Shown: positions 8,626-19,330, numbered from the stretch's first letter. The stretch: 64,000 bases of DNA from an uncultured delta proteobacterium (GCA_963793865.1 CAWCBP010000008.1:192001-256000); one strand, 5' to 3'. Made by a program: numbers and translations. The notes: a model not told the origin generated them from the letters alone.

Positions 8626-8727
8626 GAAGCACGAAATCCGAAACAAATCTTCATGCTTCTTGGGGGGCTCCACTGTTTGGGTTTTGGATTTGAATTTAGG
8701 ATTTGTCTCACTTCGTGCTTCGGATTT
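8626..8727. repeat. REP-like imperfect palindrome
   Basis: GAAGCACGAA..ACAAATC pairs with GATTTGT..TTCGTGCTTC; intergenic. Confidence 0.6.
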
Positions 8728-8755
8728 ACCTGCTGCCATTAATAGAAAACGCACC

Positions 8756-9466
8756 TCATTTCTGATAGCTGAGTACCAGCCTCTTAAACGTCTCCGCGTA
8801 TGCGAAGGGCTTGCCCTCCGCCTGCTTTGAAGCCATTCGCTTGATGTTTTCGCGCCAGCCGGGCATTTGTGCAAGCTGGCTCTTGTGCTTCGCGATGGCA
8901 TCCAGTTTCTTTTCCATGACAGCGGAAATATCCACCACATGATCGGGCACCGGCGGAAAGGTAAAATATATTTCCAGCGGGGCATGGGGAGCAAGTTCCA
9001 GTTCCAGGAGGACCGGCATGAACAGGTGGTCGCGCGCGTACACCACCGCATCGGCGGCGGCGAAACCGACCGCGCGGTGGTCGGGATGTATCTGGTAAGG
9101 CCTCCAGGGGTCATGGGTGATGATGATATCGGGCCGGTTATTTCTGATCAGCAGGGCAATTTCATCGCGCAAGCCTTTGCAGTTGTCCAGCTCCCCGTCC
9201 GGGTGCCGCAAAAAAGTTATCCGTTGAACACCCAGCACCGCGGCCGCTTCTTTTTGCTCCTGTTCCCGTATCGCCGCAAGCTGAAAGGGGGTCATGGCAG
9301 TATCTTTGGTGCCCTTGTCCCCGGTTGAGCAGACGACGTAGCGCACTTCATGGCCCTGCTCGATCAATTTCAGAACCGTACCCGCCGATGAAAGTTCCGC
9401 GTCATCGGGATGAGCCATGACCAGGAGCACATTCTTCCCCGTCGGGGGTGCAGTTGTGGATGCCAT
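8756..9466 (-). CDS. PIG-L/LmbE family deacetylase (MshB/BshB-like)
   Basis: AHPDD and HPDH zinc-binding motifs, HKSQ. Confidence 0.9.
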   Translation of the reverse strand: MASTTAPPTGKNVLLVMAHPDDAELSSAGTVLKLIEQGHEVRYVVCSTGDKGTKDTAMTPFQLAAIREQEQKEAAAVLGVQRITFLRHPDGELDNCKGLRDEIALLIRNNRPDIIITHDPWRPYQIHPDHRAVGFAAADAVVYARDHLFMPVLLELELAPHAPLEIYFTFPPVPDHVVDISAVMEKKLDAIAKHKSQLAQMPGWRENIKRMASKQAEGKPFAYAETFKRLVLSYQK

Positions 9467-9484
9467 ACATTTTCCTGATGTGGA

Positions 9485-10807
9485 TTAAACTGCGCCGCAG
9501 GTGATTGCCGGCAGGGCAGCTTCGGCCCCGGCATCGCGGCAGAAGGGCAGCAGGAGTTGCGCGCTTTCGATCCGTTTGTCACTCAGCGTGAGGTAGATCT
9601 CGAGAATCCGGTCGGCAATGGCATGCCAGCCATAGAGCAGCGATCGCTCGCGGGCATTCCATCCCATGGTTTCCCTGAGCGAGGGATTGCCGAGCAGCAG
9701 GCATATCTTTCCCGCCAGCGCCTGCTCATTTCCTTCGGGGACCACAAAGCCGCAGCGTTCATCCTGGATGAGCGAAGTCAGACCGCCGACGTGTGAGGCG
9801 ATGACGGGGGTTCCGCAGGCCATGGCCTCCAGGGCCACCATTCCGAACGATTCATAGCGTGAGGGCAGAACGCATACCTCCGCGGCGGAATAATAGTGGG
9901 GCAGGCGGTCCTGTCTTTGGGATCCCAGAAACGTTACCGTATTTTCAAGCTTCAGCTCGGCTGTCATTCGTTTCAGCCGGCTGATTTCACCGTTTTCCGA
10001 GTAATCAATGCTGTCTTTATCTCCCCCCACGATGAGGAGTTCGGCATTGTAATCACTGCCCATCTCCCGCCTCACGATGACCATGGCCTTGAGAAGGGTA
10101 TCAATACCCTTTACAGGGTCGATGCGCCCGACGAAGAGAATCAGCTTTTTGTCTGGCAGTCTGAGATGCTTTTTCGAAGCAGTGCAGTCAAGCGGCCTGA
10201 ACATCTGTGTGTCCACTCCACAGGGCACCACCGAAATCTTCTCCGGAGGTGCGCCATAGGCCCGGATCATGTCCACCTTTTCCGGCAGGCTGGAAACGGT
10301 GATGTGATCGGACTCGGCTACCAGCTGCTGCTCCACCTGCAGGCGCACCTCGGGCTCCTGCCCGCCCAGCGATTGAGTGGCCCTGTTTTTGAAGTAGCCG
10401 ACGGTGTGAAACATGTGCAGCTGCGGCACTCCCCAGCGCTTGCCCAGCCGGGCTCCCACCCAGCCGGACAGCCAGTAATGGCTGTGAATAAGCCGGTAGC
10501 TGATGTTCTCGCCGAGCCGGAACTGCTCGAGGTTATCCAGGAATTCAGGCAGATGAAACCAGACGCGGTTTTTATCGTAGGGAGATTCGGGCCCGGCCTT
10601 GAGGTGGACGATTCTGACCCCTTCAACGAAGGGGACAACCGCCGGGACAAGCCGGTTCATGGAACGGGTGAAGATGTCGACCGTACATCCTTTCTCTGCA
10701 AGGGCCTTGCTGAGCTCCCGGATATACACATTCATCCCCCCGGTTTCCTTGCCGCCCAGGGCGGCAAGAGGGCAACTGTGGACGCTGAGCATGGCGATTC
10801 GACTCAT
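9485..10807 (-). CDS. MshA-like GT4 glycosyltransferase
   Basis: GGMNVY, HSHYWLSG, FVGRIDPVKG, ESFGMVALEAMACGTP. Confidence 0.85.
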   Translation of the reverse strand: MSRIAMLSVHSCPLAALGGKETGGMNVYIRELSKALAEKGCTVDIFTRSMNRLVPAVVPFVEGVRIVHLKAGPESPYDKNRVWFHLPEFLDNLEQFRLGENISYRLIHSHYWLSGWVGARLGKRWGVPQLHMFHTVGYFKNRATQSLGGQEPEVRLQVEQQLVAESDHITVSSLPEKVDMIRAYGAPPEKISVVPCGVDTQMFRPLDCTASKKHLRLPDKKLILFVGRIDPVKGIDTLLKAMVIVRREMGSDYNAELLIVGGDKDSIDYSENGEISRLKRMTAELKLENTVTFLGSQRQDRLPHYYSAAEVCVLPSRYESFGMVALEAMACGTPVIASHVGGLTSLIQDERCGFVVPEGNEQALAGKICLLLGNPSLRETMGWNARERSLLYGWHAIADRILEIYLTLSDKRIESAQLLLPFCRDAGAEAALPAITCGAV

Positions 10808-10811
10808 GGGG

Positions 10812-11879
10812 TTATTCTCCACGGTGGCTGCAGGTCAGGGTATAAATATGATGGTCACGGCCGCCGAAGCGGTACTTGTATGTCTCATTCCCCCGCAGGA
10901 ACTCGAAGCGCCTGATTCCGCGCTTTATGGCGTCTTCAATACACATGGCTATGGCGACGATGCCGGGGCTCACCTGCGCGTACCGGTTGTCATAAGCAGC
11001 GTTGTAGAGATACAAGGTATGATCGTAAACGAAGCAGAAAAGATACGCGATTGCCCTTTTGTTTAAGGACAGCCGGTACAGATCCAGCCATCCCCTGCCG
11101 GAAAACTCTTCCGCCAGTGAAAGGAAAAAAGCTTCCCGTTCAGGTGTGAGGAATGAGCGCTTCATGCCGCCGCTTGCGCGGAACAGATCGAGGAAAAAGG
11201 GCATGGCGGCCATCACCTGCGAGGGCCCGCTCACGCGCTCGAAATCCAGCGCTCCCTCCTTTTCAGCCCTTCTTTTTTTGCGCCGTATTTCGTGCCGGTC
11301 TTTGGCGTCGAGGCTGTCGAGATAGGCATCGAAATCGGGGGGAAGATCCATGCGCGGGGCGGTATCTTCCGGCTCGATATGCACCTCAATGTCTTTCCTC
11401 CGGGCAAGGTTATTGAAACATGAAAGAGCGGGGGAGTGGTGCTGGAGTGAGCTGAGGGTAAGGGCCGCTCCGCGGTGCGATTGCCGCATCAGGTAGGAAA
11501 TGAGCGCATCATAAAAGCGTGATTCATCACCTTCCGCAACAATGCAATCACGGTAATCACAGAAATCGGGGCTGCCAAGCAGCATCAGCGCCGTGTGGTC
11601 ATCGGCGCCCGCGGAACAGAGGGGGGCGATGCCGCACAGGCCGCCATCGGCCTCGTACAGGGCAAGAATTTTTAATCGGCGGTCCTGGTGCCAATAGCGC
11701 CACCAGAGCTGGTGCCATGAGGCAGTGAGGAAGGGATTGCCGGTAGCGCAGCGCAATGACAGCTCGTTCCACTCCGCGGAGAGGGTGCTGAGAATTGAGG
11801 GATGACTGAACTCCCGGACCGTGAGATCGGGCGATGCTTTTGTGTCTGCCGGGTTCATTACCAGGGCTGCATGATTCAT
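10812..11879 (-). CDS. CelD/BcsL-type GNAT (Acetyltransf_6, FemABX-like) protein
   Basis: PFLTASWHQLWW, DYRD, RHEIRRKKRR, SPG..FEFLRGNETYKYRFG. Confidence 0.85.
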   Translation of the reverse strand: MNHAALVMNPADTKASPDLTVREFSHPSILSTLSAEWNELSLRCATGNPFLTASWHQLWWRYWHQDRRLKILALYEADGGLCGIAPLCSAGADDHTALMLLGSPDFCDYRDCIVAEGDESRFYDALISYLMRQSHRGAALTLSSLQHHSPALSCFNNLARRKDIEVHIEPEDTAPRMDLPPDFDAYLDSLDAKDRHEIRRKKRRAEKEGALDFERVSGPSQVMAAMPFFLDLFRASGGMKRSFLTPEREAFFLSLAEEFSGRGWLDLYRLSLNKRAIAYLFCFVYDHTLYLYNAAYDNRYAQVSPGIVAIAMCIEDAIKRGIRRFEFLRGNETYKYRFGGRDHHIYTLTCSHRGE

Positions 11880-12077
11880 GGTAACTTCCTGTAACCAAAT
11901 GGGCAGAATCGGCTCCCGGGCTGCTCATCAATTTACTGAGTCCGGACAGCACGGGGAGAGGATGGAGGGGCACGGAGCAAAAAAAAATAACCTGTTTCCT
12001 GAATTGTGTGCGGAACGATGTTCCGGCGCTTGTAAGTAAAAACCACGGAGCGGAGGTGTTTTTTTTGCCTCCTCCGG

Positions 12078-12293
12078 CTATCTTTTAAGCAGTGTGAGCG
12101 AGCTCGCTTTCCTGACCCTGGATTTTCTCGCGGACTGAATGGTGCCGATTTTTTTCTCGTACTTGCTCATCACCAGATCGAGCCCTTCCCGTATGTACAC
12201 CGCCTGCGGCACCCTGGTTTTTTCTGAAAGCAGCTTAAGCCGTTCGACCTGCTGCATATCGAGATAAACGCTGCGCAATGCCTTTTTGCCCAT
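12078..12293 (-). CDS. Ribbon-helix-helix DNA-binding protein
   Basis: SVYL..Q..RLKLLSEKTRVPQAVYIREGLDLV. Confidence 0.85.
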   Translation of the reverse strand: MGKKALRSVYLDMQQVERLKLLSEKTRVPQAVYIREGLDLVMSKYEKKIGTIQSARKSRVRKASSLTLLKR

Positions 12294-12315
12294 GCATCAT
12301 CACCCCTTTCTTGCC

Positions 12316-12351
12316 TGTACATACCATATTTTATTTATATGTACAAGTCAA
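12316..12351 (-). promoter_or_regulatory. Sigma-70 promoter of the RHH gene with overlapping TGTACATA inverted repeat
   Basis: TTGACT-17 nt-TATGGT on minus strand; TGTACATA (12316-12323) and TATGTACA (12338-12345). Confidence 0.6.
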
Positions 12352-12391
12352 CCGCTAATCGGGATTTATCCCGGCAGACGAAGCGCATTAT

Positions 12392-12418
12392 AAAGAAAGG
12401 GCGGCCGGCCGGCCGCCC
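12392..12418 (-). terminator. Rho-independent terminator after pilU
   Basis: GGGCGGCC/GGCCGCCC stem followed by TTTCTTT on minus strand. Confidence 0.7.
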
Positions 12419-12463
12419 CTGCTTGTGGAAACCATATGATGGAATTCTGATGGAACTCCCGTG

Positions 12464-13597
12464 TTATTTAATCTGAAAATCAGGCTTCAGCTTGAAGGCA
12501 TCATTGGACTTCTGCATCGGGGAGGAAAACTCATCCCCGCTCTTGTCAATTTTAATCCTGAGCCGGATGTCATTAACGCTGTCCGCGTAGGCCAGGGCGT
12601 TGTCATAGCTTATGCGGCCTTCCTTGTAGAGGTCGAAAAGCGCCTGGTCGAAGGTATGCATTCCTTCAACGCCGCCGTGCGCCATGGCCTCCTTAAGCAG
12701 GTCGATCTCGCTCTTGTAGATGAGGTCCTTGACCCGCGGCGTGTCCAGAAGGACTTCCGTGGCCGCCACCCGCTTTTCGTTTACGGAGGGAACCAGCCGC
12801 TGTGAAATGATGCCCTTGAGATTAAGGGAGAGCTGGAGCAGTATCTGCTCGTGCCGCTCGTGGGGGAAGAAGTTCAGGATGCGCTCCATGGCCTGGTTGG
12901 CGTTGTTGGAGTGCAGGGTGGCCAGCACCAGATGGCCGGTTTCGGCAAAGGTGATGCCCGCTTCCATGGTTTCAGTGTCGCGTATTTCACCCACCAGGAT
13001 CACATCGGGGGCGGCGCGCATGGCGTTCTTCAAGGCATTGGAAAAGGAAAGGGTATCCAGGCCCAGCTCGCGCTGGGAGACAATCATCTGCTTGTGGGAA
13101 TGAATGAACTCAATGGGATCCTCGATGGTGATGATGTGGCCGGTCGAATTTTCATTGCGGTAATCGATCATGGCCGCCAGGGTGGTTGATTTCCCGGTGC
13201 CCGTTCTCCCCACCACCAGCACCAGGCCCCGCTTGCACATGCTAATGTCCTTGAGAATGGGAGGCAGTCCCAGATCGTCGATGGTGCTGATTTCCATTTT
13301 GATCTGGCGGATGACGATGGCGGTATATCCCTTCTGCCGGAAGATGTTGACGCGGAACCGTCCCAGCTCAGGATAGTAGAGTGCCAGGTTCATTTCCATG
13401 CTTTCGGCGAATTTAATCTTCTGCTTTTCGGTCATGATCGACGCCGCAATCTCTTCCGCCTGGGCGGGGGTCACCTTCTCGTTTCCGTAGGGCCTGGTGA
13501 TGCCCTCGGTGCGGAACATGGGGGGGCTGTCCACGGTGAGGTAGATGTCAGATGAGTTCCCCTTTACCATCACGTTCAATAATTCTCTGATATTCAT
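12464..13597 (-). CDS. pilU: Type IV pilus retraction ATPase PilU
   Basis: GRTGTGKSTT, TIEDPIEF, APDVILVGEIRD, TLHSNNA; downstream of pilT. Confidence 0.85.
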   Translation of the reverse strand: MNIRELLNVMVKGNSSDIYLTVDSPPMFRTEGITRPYGNEKVTPAQAEEIAASIMTEKQKIKFAESMEMNLALYYPELGRFRVNIFRQKGYTAIVIRQIKMEISTIDDLGLPPILKDISMCKRGLVLVVGRTGTGKSTTLAAMIDYRNENSTGHIITIEDPIEFIHSHKQMIVSQRELGLDTLSFSNALKNAMRAAPDVILVGEIRDTETMEAGITFAETGHLVLATLHSNNANQAMERILNFFPHERHEQILLQLSLNLKGIISQRLVPSVNEKRVAATEVLLDTPRVKDLIYKSEIDLLKEAMAHGGVEGMHTFDQALFDLYKEGRISYDNALAYADSVNDIRLRIKIDKSGDEFSSPMQKSNDAFKLKPDFQIK

Positions 13598-13638
13598 GGG
13601 TGTCTCCTGCTGGTGACCTCTCGTTCACGATCCCCGCT

Positions 13639-14706
13639 TTACTGGGGGGTCTTGGTTAAATCCGCCAGGATGGGCTGCGCCTCGTCGGCGGTTATGAGCC
13701 TTCGGGTCAGGAGGTTCTTGACGGCCATATCCATGGTCTGCATGCCGAACTGCTGGCCCGTTTGCAGCGTGGATACGATCTGGGCGGTCTTGGATTCGCG
13801 GATGAGATTGCGTATGGCGGAGGTGCAGATCATGATTTCAAGGGCGGGAATTCTGCCCTCCCCGCCGGGCCGCTTCAAGAGGATCTGCGATATGACCGCG
13901 AACAGGGTTTCTGAAAGCATGGTCCTGGTCTGGGCCTGCTGGCTGGGGGGGAAAACGTCCACGATGCGGTCTATGGTTTTCGGCGCGCTGCTGGTGTGCA
14001 GCGTGGCAAACACCAGATGGCCGGTCTCGGAGGCGGTGAGCGCCAGGGAAATGGTTTCCAGATCCCGCATTTCTCCCACCAGGATGACATCGGGGTCTTC
14101 GCGCAGCGCGCTGCGCAGTGCATTGGCAAAGGAATGGGTGTGCGCCCCCACTTCCCTCTGGTTGACCAGGCACTTTTTTGACTGATGGATGAATTCTATG
14201 GGATCCTCAATGGTGATGATGTGCTTGCTGGTGTTGCTGTTGATGGCGTCAATCATGGTTGCCAGGGTGGTGGACTTCCCGCAGCCGGTGGGACCGGTGA
14301 CCAGCACCAGGCCCTTTTCAGCCTTGGTGATGTCCCTGCATATTTTGGGCAGCCCCAGCTCGTCGAAGCTTTTTACCACGTTGGGAATGGTGCGCAGCAC
14401 GGCCGCTTTTCCCCGGTTCTGGATGAAAACATTGACCCTGAACCTGCCGTACTCACCCAGGGCAATGGAAAAATCGAGCTCACGGTGTTCCTCGAACAGC
14501 TTGCGCTGCTGGTCATTGAGAATGTCATAAATCATGGTATGTACTTCATCTTCGGTCAAGGGCTCCATGTCCAGCTTTCGTATGTCACCGTGTATCCTGA
14601 ACATGGGCGGCTCACCGGCACTGATGTGCAGGTCGGAGGCCGAGCTCTGAATGGCAAATTTTAAAAGCTCGGTCATGTCTATAATCTTATCCTGGACAGC
14701 TTCCAT
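13639..14706 (-). CDS. pilT: Type IV pilus retraction ATPase PilT
   Basis: GPTGCGKSTT, ALREDPDVILVGEMRD, AIRNLIRE motif. Confidence 0.95.
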   Translation of the reverse strand: MEAVQDKIIDMTELLKFAIQSSASDLHISAGEPPMFRIHGDIRKLDMEPLTEDEVHTMIYDILNDQQRKLFEEHRELDFSIALGEYGRFRVNVFIQNRGKAAVLRTIPNVVKSFDELGLPKICRDITKAEKGLVLVTGPTGCGKSTTLATMIDAINSNTSKHIITIEDPIEFIHQSKKCLVNQREVGAHTHSFANALRSALREDPDVILVGEMRDLETISLALTASETGHLVFATLHTSSAPKTIDRIVDVFPPSQQAQTRTMLSETLFAVISQILLKRPGGEGRIPALEIMICTSAIRNLIRESKTAQIVSTLQTGQQFGMQTMDMAVKNLLTRRLITADEAQPILADLTKTPQ

Positions 14707-14775
14707 TGATTGTACCCCTTTCGCCTGCCGCAACAGTGTTCTTATTATATGTTCATACTATCTGTGACTTTTATT

Positions 14776-14841
14776 GTCATTTCGAAGGAGCATGCGCGAC
14801 TGAGAAATCTTATGAGATTTCTCACATGCGTTCGAAATGAC
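14776..14841. repeat. REP-type palindrome
   Basis: GTCATTTCGAA...TTCGAAATGAC outer arms with inner TGAGAAATCT/AGATTTCTCA. Confidence 0.75.
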
Positions 14842-15067
14842 GGTGACCCAATAAATCGAGAGAAAAATTAAATGGGGTGTCCCGCTTTTTTTTCGCATTA
14901 CGGTATACAGTCCGTACTCTATACGTATCGGAAAAAGTTATTTTTTCTTCACCACTTTTTCATGCGGGGATGGAAAAAACCCGTGGGTCGTGCGGCAGCA
15001 TAAAAGCGATGAAAGCGGGCACAAACGGATATGTAAGGGGTATGCAGTGAGGATGGAAAGCGGTTGT

Positions 15068-15451
15068 TCAGCCGAGAAGTTTACGCAGGGCGAGGAGTTC
15101 TTCTTTGATTTCCTTTAAAATGGCCAGGTGGTCATGCTGGTCTTTTTTGACGGTAAAATCCAGGTCGAGCTGCTTTTTGTCCTGGACCCTTTTATCCTGC
15201 AGTTTTCTGCGTGCGCCGGCGATGGTGAGCTTTTCCTCGTACAGCATGCGCTTTATTTCCAGGATGCTCTCCACGTCCTTTCTCCGGTATACCCTTTGAT
15301 TGGACTGTGTCCGGGAGGGCTTGATGGACTTGAATTCCGACTCCCAGTAGCGTATGACATACGGCTCCATCCCCGTGATTTCGCTCACCTCGCCGATTTT
15401 GAAATAGAGCTTGCTGGGGATGATTACGTTTGCAGTTTCCGGTTTCGACAT
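15068..15451 (-). CDS. MerR-family HTH regulator (typical ihfA neighbour)
   Basis: IPSKLYFKIGEVS..VIRYWESEF..LTIAGAR. Confidence 0.9.
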   Translation of the reverse strand: MSKPETANVIIPSKLYFKIGEVSEITGMEPYVIRYWESEFKSIKPSRTQSNQRVYRRKDVESILEIKRMLYEEKLTIAGARRKLQDKRVQDKKQLDLDFTVKKDQHDHLAILKEIKEELLALRKLLG

Positions 15452-15540
15452 ATATCAGCCGTGCAAATATGTTCACTTCAGTTCAGCACCGCGGCTGTCG
15501 CGGGCCGGGAATCGTTCCATGTTTCCCGAAGTCGGCAGAT

Positions 15541-15816
15541 TCAATTGCTGAGCGCTTTTTTTAAAACCGGGCTTGCCTTAAAGGTAAGCACTTTTCTCGC
15601 GGTAATCTCAATTTCGCTGCCGGTTTGCGGGTTTCTTCCCCTGCGGGTTCTCTTCTGGCGTACCACAAAGTTACCGAACCGGGATATCTTTACCTTTTCA
15701 CCCTTTTCAAGGGTTGCCTTGATGGTCTCGAAGACCAGTTCGACGATGCTGTTGGCCTCTTTTTTTGACAGGCCTACTTTTTCATATACGCTCTCAATTA
15801 TGTCCGCCTTTGTCAT
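15541..15816 (-). CDS. ihfA: Integration host factor subunit alpha
   Basis: MTKADI..VKISRFGNF..GRNPQTG; follows pheT; AAGGAGG SD. Confidence 0.92.
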   Translation of the reverse strand: MTKADIIESVYEKVGLSKKEANSIVELVFETIKATLEKGEKVKISRFGNFVVRQKRTRRGRNPQTGSEIEITARKVLTFKASPVLKKALSN

Positions 15817-15850
15817 CCCTTCTACCTCCTTGCAGCGCAGGTTCCCGTTT

Positions 15851-18265
15851 TTATTTCCGTAGTTCCGCACCCAGCTCACAGCACAGGACCTGTACCAGTT
15901 CCTCGTGCCATCTGTTCACCTCCCGGTCGGTCAGGGTGTGATCATACGATTGATATTTTATCCGGTAGCCGAGGCTTTTCTTGCCCGGGGGAATCGATGA
16001 TCCCTTATAGTAATCAAAAACTCTGATTTCTTCAATATATTTGTTTTTAAATCGACCTATTATATCCCATATGCGCTGCCCCGGGATGCCCTCGTCCATG
16101 ACCAGGGCGATGTCCCTGTTGACGGGGGGATACTTCGGCAGCGAGTGGAATGTCCGCTCTTCTTTAAAGCGGGGCAGCAGGTGTACGAGGGTGAGTTCGA
16201 AGAGGTATATCTTTTGGGAAAATCCGAACCGTTCGGCTATGGCAGGGTGCAGCTCCCCGATACTTCCCGCTCTTTCCCCATCCAGCACCAGGTCCAGTGC
16301 CCGGTGCTGATGGAGAAACCGGCTTTGCCCTGATGGCTCTAATGCGAAGCCGGCGCCAAGAAGTTCCCGGAGCAGCCCTTCCACGCAGCCCCTGATGTCG
16401 AAGAAGTCGGCCTCGCGCGGCTTCCTGTTCCACAGCTCTTCCTCGTTCAGGCCGGTCAGCAATCCTGCCGCCGCTTTCTCCTCCCGGGGAAGTTTTTTAT
16501 CTTTCTCGGGCAGGAAGACAGGGCCCACTTCAAAAAGCTTAAGATTCAGGTTTTTCTGGTTGATGTTCCGTTGCGCCGTTGCAAGAAGTCCCGGCACAAG
16601 GGTGGTCCGCATGCAGGACTGTTCCTCGGTCAGGGGATTAAGAATGGTCAGGGGCTTCAGGCGGGGATCATCATCCGCAAGGTTCAGGGCGGCCAGCTCG
16701 GCCGGAGAAATGAAGCTGTATGTCAGTATTTCGTGGTAGCCCTGACGGGTCAGGCAGTCCCTGATCTTCTTTTCCATGGACCGCGCCCTGTTTTTGTCCT
16801 GCGGCAGCGGGGAGACAAGCGGAAGGGTTTCAGGGACGCTGTCGTAGCCGCGAAGCCGGGCCACCTCTTCGATCAGATCGATGCCCTCCCCGATATCCAC
16901 CCTGAAGGAGGGGGGTGTGGCGGTAACGGCGTCCCCTTCCGCGTCGGTGACGGAGAAGCCTAAATCAGCAAGCGTCTGCTTGATCTCATCCCGGGAGAAG
17001 CGGGTGCCCAGCACCCGGTTTGTTCTGGCGGTGCTCAGGCTGATGGCCGCCGCAGGTTTGGGTGGAACAGGCCTGTTATCGATAAGGCCCGGACTGACGG
17101 TGCCGCCGGCATAGGAGGCCATCAACCCGGCTGCCCGGTTCATTGCCCTGATGACCCCTTCCGGGTCCACCCCCTTCTCGAACCGCTGTGAGGCCTCGGT
17201 ACGAATGTCCATCTTTCTCGAGGTGGCAAGAATCCCGGCCGGGGTAAAATAGGCGCTTTCCAGAAGGATGGTGGTCGTCTCCGGTGAAACCTCGCTGTTG
17301 AGGCCGCCCATGATGCCGGCAAGGGCGACGGGCCTTTTTGCTCCATCGCAGATCATCAGCGCGTCCTCCGGAAGCATCCGTTCCTTGCCGTCAAGGGTGG
17401 TGAAGGAGGTTCCGGCGTCGGCGCGCTTTACAACAATCCTTTTTTCGCCGAGCAGGTTCAGGTCAAAGGCGTGGAGCGGCTGTCCCGTCTCCAGCAGCAC
17501 GTAATTGGTGGCGTCAACGATGTTGTTGATGGACCTCATCCCGCAGGCCTCGAGTCGCCTTCTCATCCACAGGGGAGACGGGCCTATGGTTACCCCGGTG
17601 ATGATGCGCGCGCAGTAGCGGGGGCAGAGATCGGGGGCTTCAATGGTGACGGAGGTAATGCGGGAAATGTGCTCCCCGCCTTCCGTGATCGCGGGATCGG
17701 GAATGAGCAGCGGCCTGCGGGTGATGGCGGACACCTCGCGGGCAATCCCCAGCATGCTGAGGCAGTCGGGACGATTGGGGGTCAGGCTCACGTCGAGAAT
17801 GAAATCCTTCAAGCCCAGGGCCTGGGCCAGGCCCTGCCCCGCCGCGGTGTCGGGGGGAAGAATCATCACTCCCGAGCCGTCATTTCCGATAAGCAGCTCC
17901 GTCTCCGAGCAGAGCATGCCCTCTGAAACCTCGCCCCGTATTTTTGTCTTTTTGATGGTGGTGCCGCCGGGAAGGCGCGTGCCGTGGAGGGCCAGAGGCG
18001 CTTTATCCCCCGGCCGGATGTTGCGCGCGCCGCACACGATGCTGTGAACCGCTCCGCCGCTGTCAACCGTGCAGAGCGACAGCTTGTCCGCCCCGGGGTG
18101 GGGTTGCACGGAAGTGATCTGTCCGACGATAACCCCCTCCAGCTCTCCGCCCTGCTCAAGGCAGTTTTCCACTTCGCTGCCGGAAAGGGTGAGCATCTCC
18201 CCCAGTTCTTTAGCGGTTGCATCGACGGAAACAAACTCTTTTAACCAGTTGAGGCTTACCAGCAT
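15851..18265 (-). CDS. pheT: Phenylalanine-tRNA ligase beta subunit
   Basis: [30 protein letters not shown]. Confidence 0.97.
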   Translation of the reverse strand: MLVSLNWLKEFVSVDATAKELGEMLTLSGSEVENCLEQGGELEGVIVGQITSVQPHPGADKLSLCTVDSGGAVHSIVCGARNIRPGDKAPLALHGTRLPGGTTIKKTKIRGEVSEGMLCSETELLIGNDGSGVMILPPDTAAGQGLAQALGLKDFILDVSLTPNRPDCLSMLGIAREVSAITRRPLLIPDPAITEGGEHISRITSVTIEAPDLCPRYCARIITGVTIGPSPLWMRRRLEACGMRSINNIVDATNYVLLETGQPLHAFDLNLLGEKRIVVKRADAGTSFTTLDGKERMLPEDALMICDGAKRPVALAGIMGGLNSEVSPETTTILLESAYFTPAGILATSRKMDIRTEASQRFEKGVDPEGVIRAMNRAAGLMASYAGGTVSPGLIDNRPVPPKPAAAISLSTARTNRVLGTRFSRDEIKQTLADLGFSVTDAEGDAVTATPPSFRVDIGEGIDLIEEVARLRGYDSVPETLPLVSPLPQDKNRARSMEKKIRDCLTRQGYHEILTYSFISPAELAALNLADDDPRLKPLTILNPLTEEQSCMRTTLVPGLLATAQRNINQKNLNLKLFEVGPVFLPEKDKKLPREEKAAAGLLTGLNEEELWNRKPREADFFDIRGCVEGLLRELLGAGFALEPSGQSRFLHQHRALDLVLDGERAGSIGELHPAIAERFGFSQKIYLFELTLVHLLPRFKEERTFHSLPKYPPVNRDIALVMDEGIPGQRIWDIIGRFKNKYIEEIRVFDYYKGSSIPPGKKSLGYRIKYQSYDHTLTDREVNRWHEELVQVLCCELGAELRK

Positions 18266-18287
18266 GGAGGATGATTGGGTACGGTGT

Positions 18288-19304
18288 TTAAAATTGTTCT
18301 AAAAATCTGGTGTCGTTTTCGAAGAACAGGCGGATGTCATCGATGCCGTATTTCAGCATGGCAATCCGTTCGATGCCCATGCCGAAGGCGAAGCCGGTCA
18401 CCTGGTCGGGGTCGTAGCCGACCATCCTGAAAACGGCCGGGTGAACCATGCCCGAGCCCAGTATTTCCAGCCATCCGGATCCGGAGCAAACCCTGCAGCC
18501 GCTGCCCTTGCAGATGACGCAGCGTATGTCGATTTCGGCGCTCGGTTCGGTGAAGGGGAAAAAGCTGGGGCGGAAGCGGAGTGCGCAATCCTCCCCGAAC
18601 ATGCGGCGGGCAAACACGGTCAGCACCCCTTTCAGGTGGCTGAAGGAAATGGATTCTCCCACCATGAACCCCTCCACCTGGTGAAACATGGGGGTGTGGG
18701 AGACATCCGAATCCCGGCGGTAGGCCGTTCCGGGTGAGATGATGCTTACCGGGGGCTTCAGCTTTTCCATGGTCCTGATCTGGACGGGAGAGGTGTGAGT
18801 TCTCAGGAGAACATCTTCGGTTATATAGAAGGTGTCGTGCATGGCGCGGGCGGGATGGTGGGGAGGCATGTTCAGCGCTTCGAAATTGTAGAAGTCCAGC
18901 TCCACCTCGGGCCCCTCCGCGATCTGAAAGCCCATGGCGGTGAATATGGCGGTTATCTCTTCGGTGACCTGGGTGATGGGGTGCCGCTTCCCGGGGGAAA
19001 GGCATCTCCCCGGCAGGGTGATATCAATCTCCTCTTTTCGGTATGCGGCCTCCTGCTCCCGGGCGGTGATGACGGCAAGGCGCCCCTCTATGCCCTGTTC
19101 GATGGACTGCTTGGTGCGGTTGATGAGCTGGCCCATGGCGGGCCGTTCAGCTTCGGGGAGCTTTCCGAGCTGCCTGATGAGAAGGGTCAGCTTTCCGCTG
19201 CGCCCGAGAAACTCCGCCTTGATCTGCAGAAGCCCCTTTTTATCAGCGGCCGCGGCAAGCGCACGTTCTGCTTCGGAAGCAAGATGTGCAAGCTGTTCCT
19301 TCAT
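18288..19304 (-). CDS. pheS: Phenylalanine-tRNA ligase alpha subunit
   Basis: [33 protein letters not shown]. Confidence 0.97.
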   Translation of the reverse strand: MKEQLAHLASEAERALAAAADKKGLLQIKAEFLGRSGKLTLLIRQLGKLPEAERPAMGQLINRTKQSIEQGIEGRLAVITAREQEAAYRKEEIDITLPGRCLSPGKRHPITQVTEEITAIFTAMGFQIAEGPEVELDFYNFEALNMPPHHPARAMHDTFYITEDVLLRTHTSPVQIRTMEKLKPPVSIISPGTAYRRDSDVSHTPMFHQVEGFMVGESISFSHLKGVLTVFARRMFGEDCALRFRPSFFPFTEPSAEIDIRCVICKGSGCRVCSGSGWLEILGSGMVHPAVFRMVGYDPDQVTGFAFGMGIERIAMLKYGIDDIRLFFENDTRFLEQF

Positions 19305-19330
19305 GGCAGTGCGGGGCACTCGGCGCGGGT

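Noticed and set aside
8602..9114. 336-aa version of the nitroreductase ORF
   Set aside because: The extension overlaps the PIG-L gene and a palindromic repeat; a good SD and ATG lie at 8601
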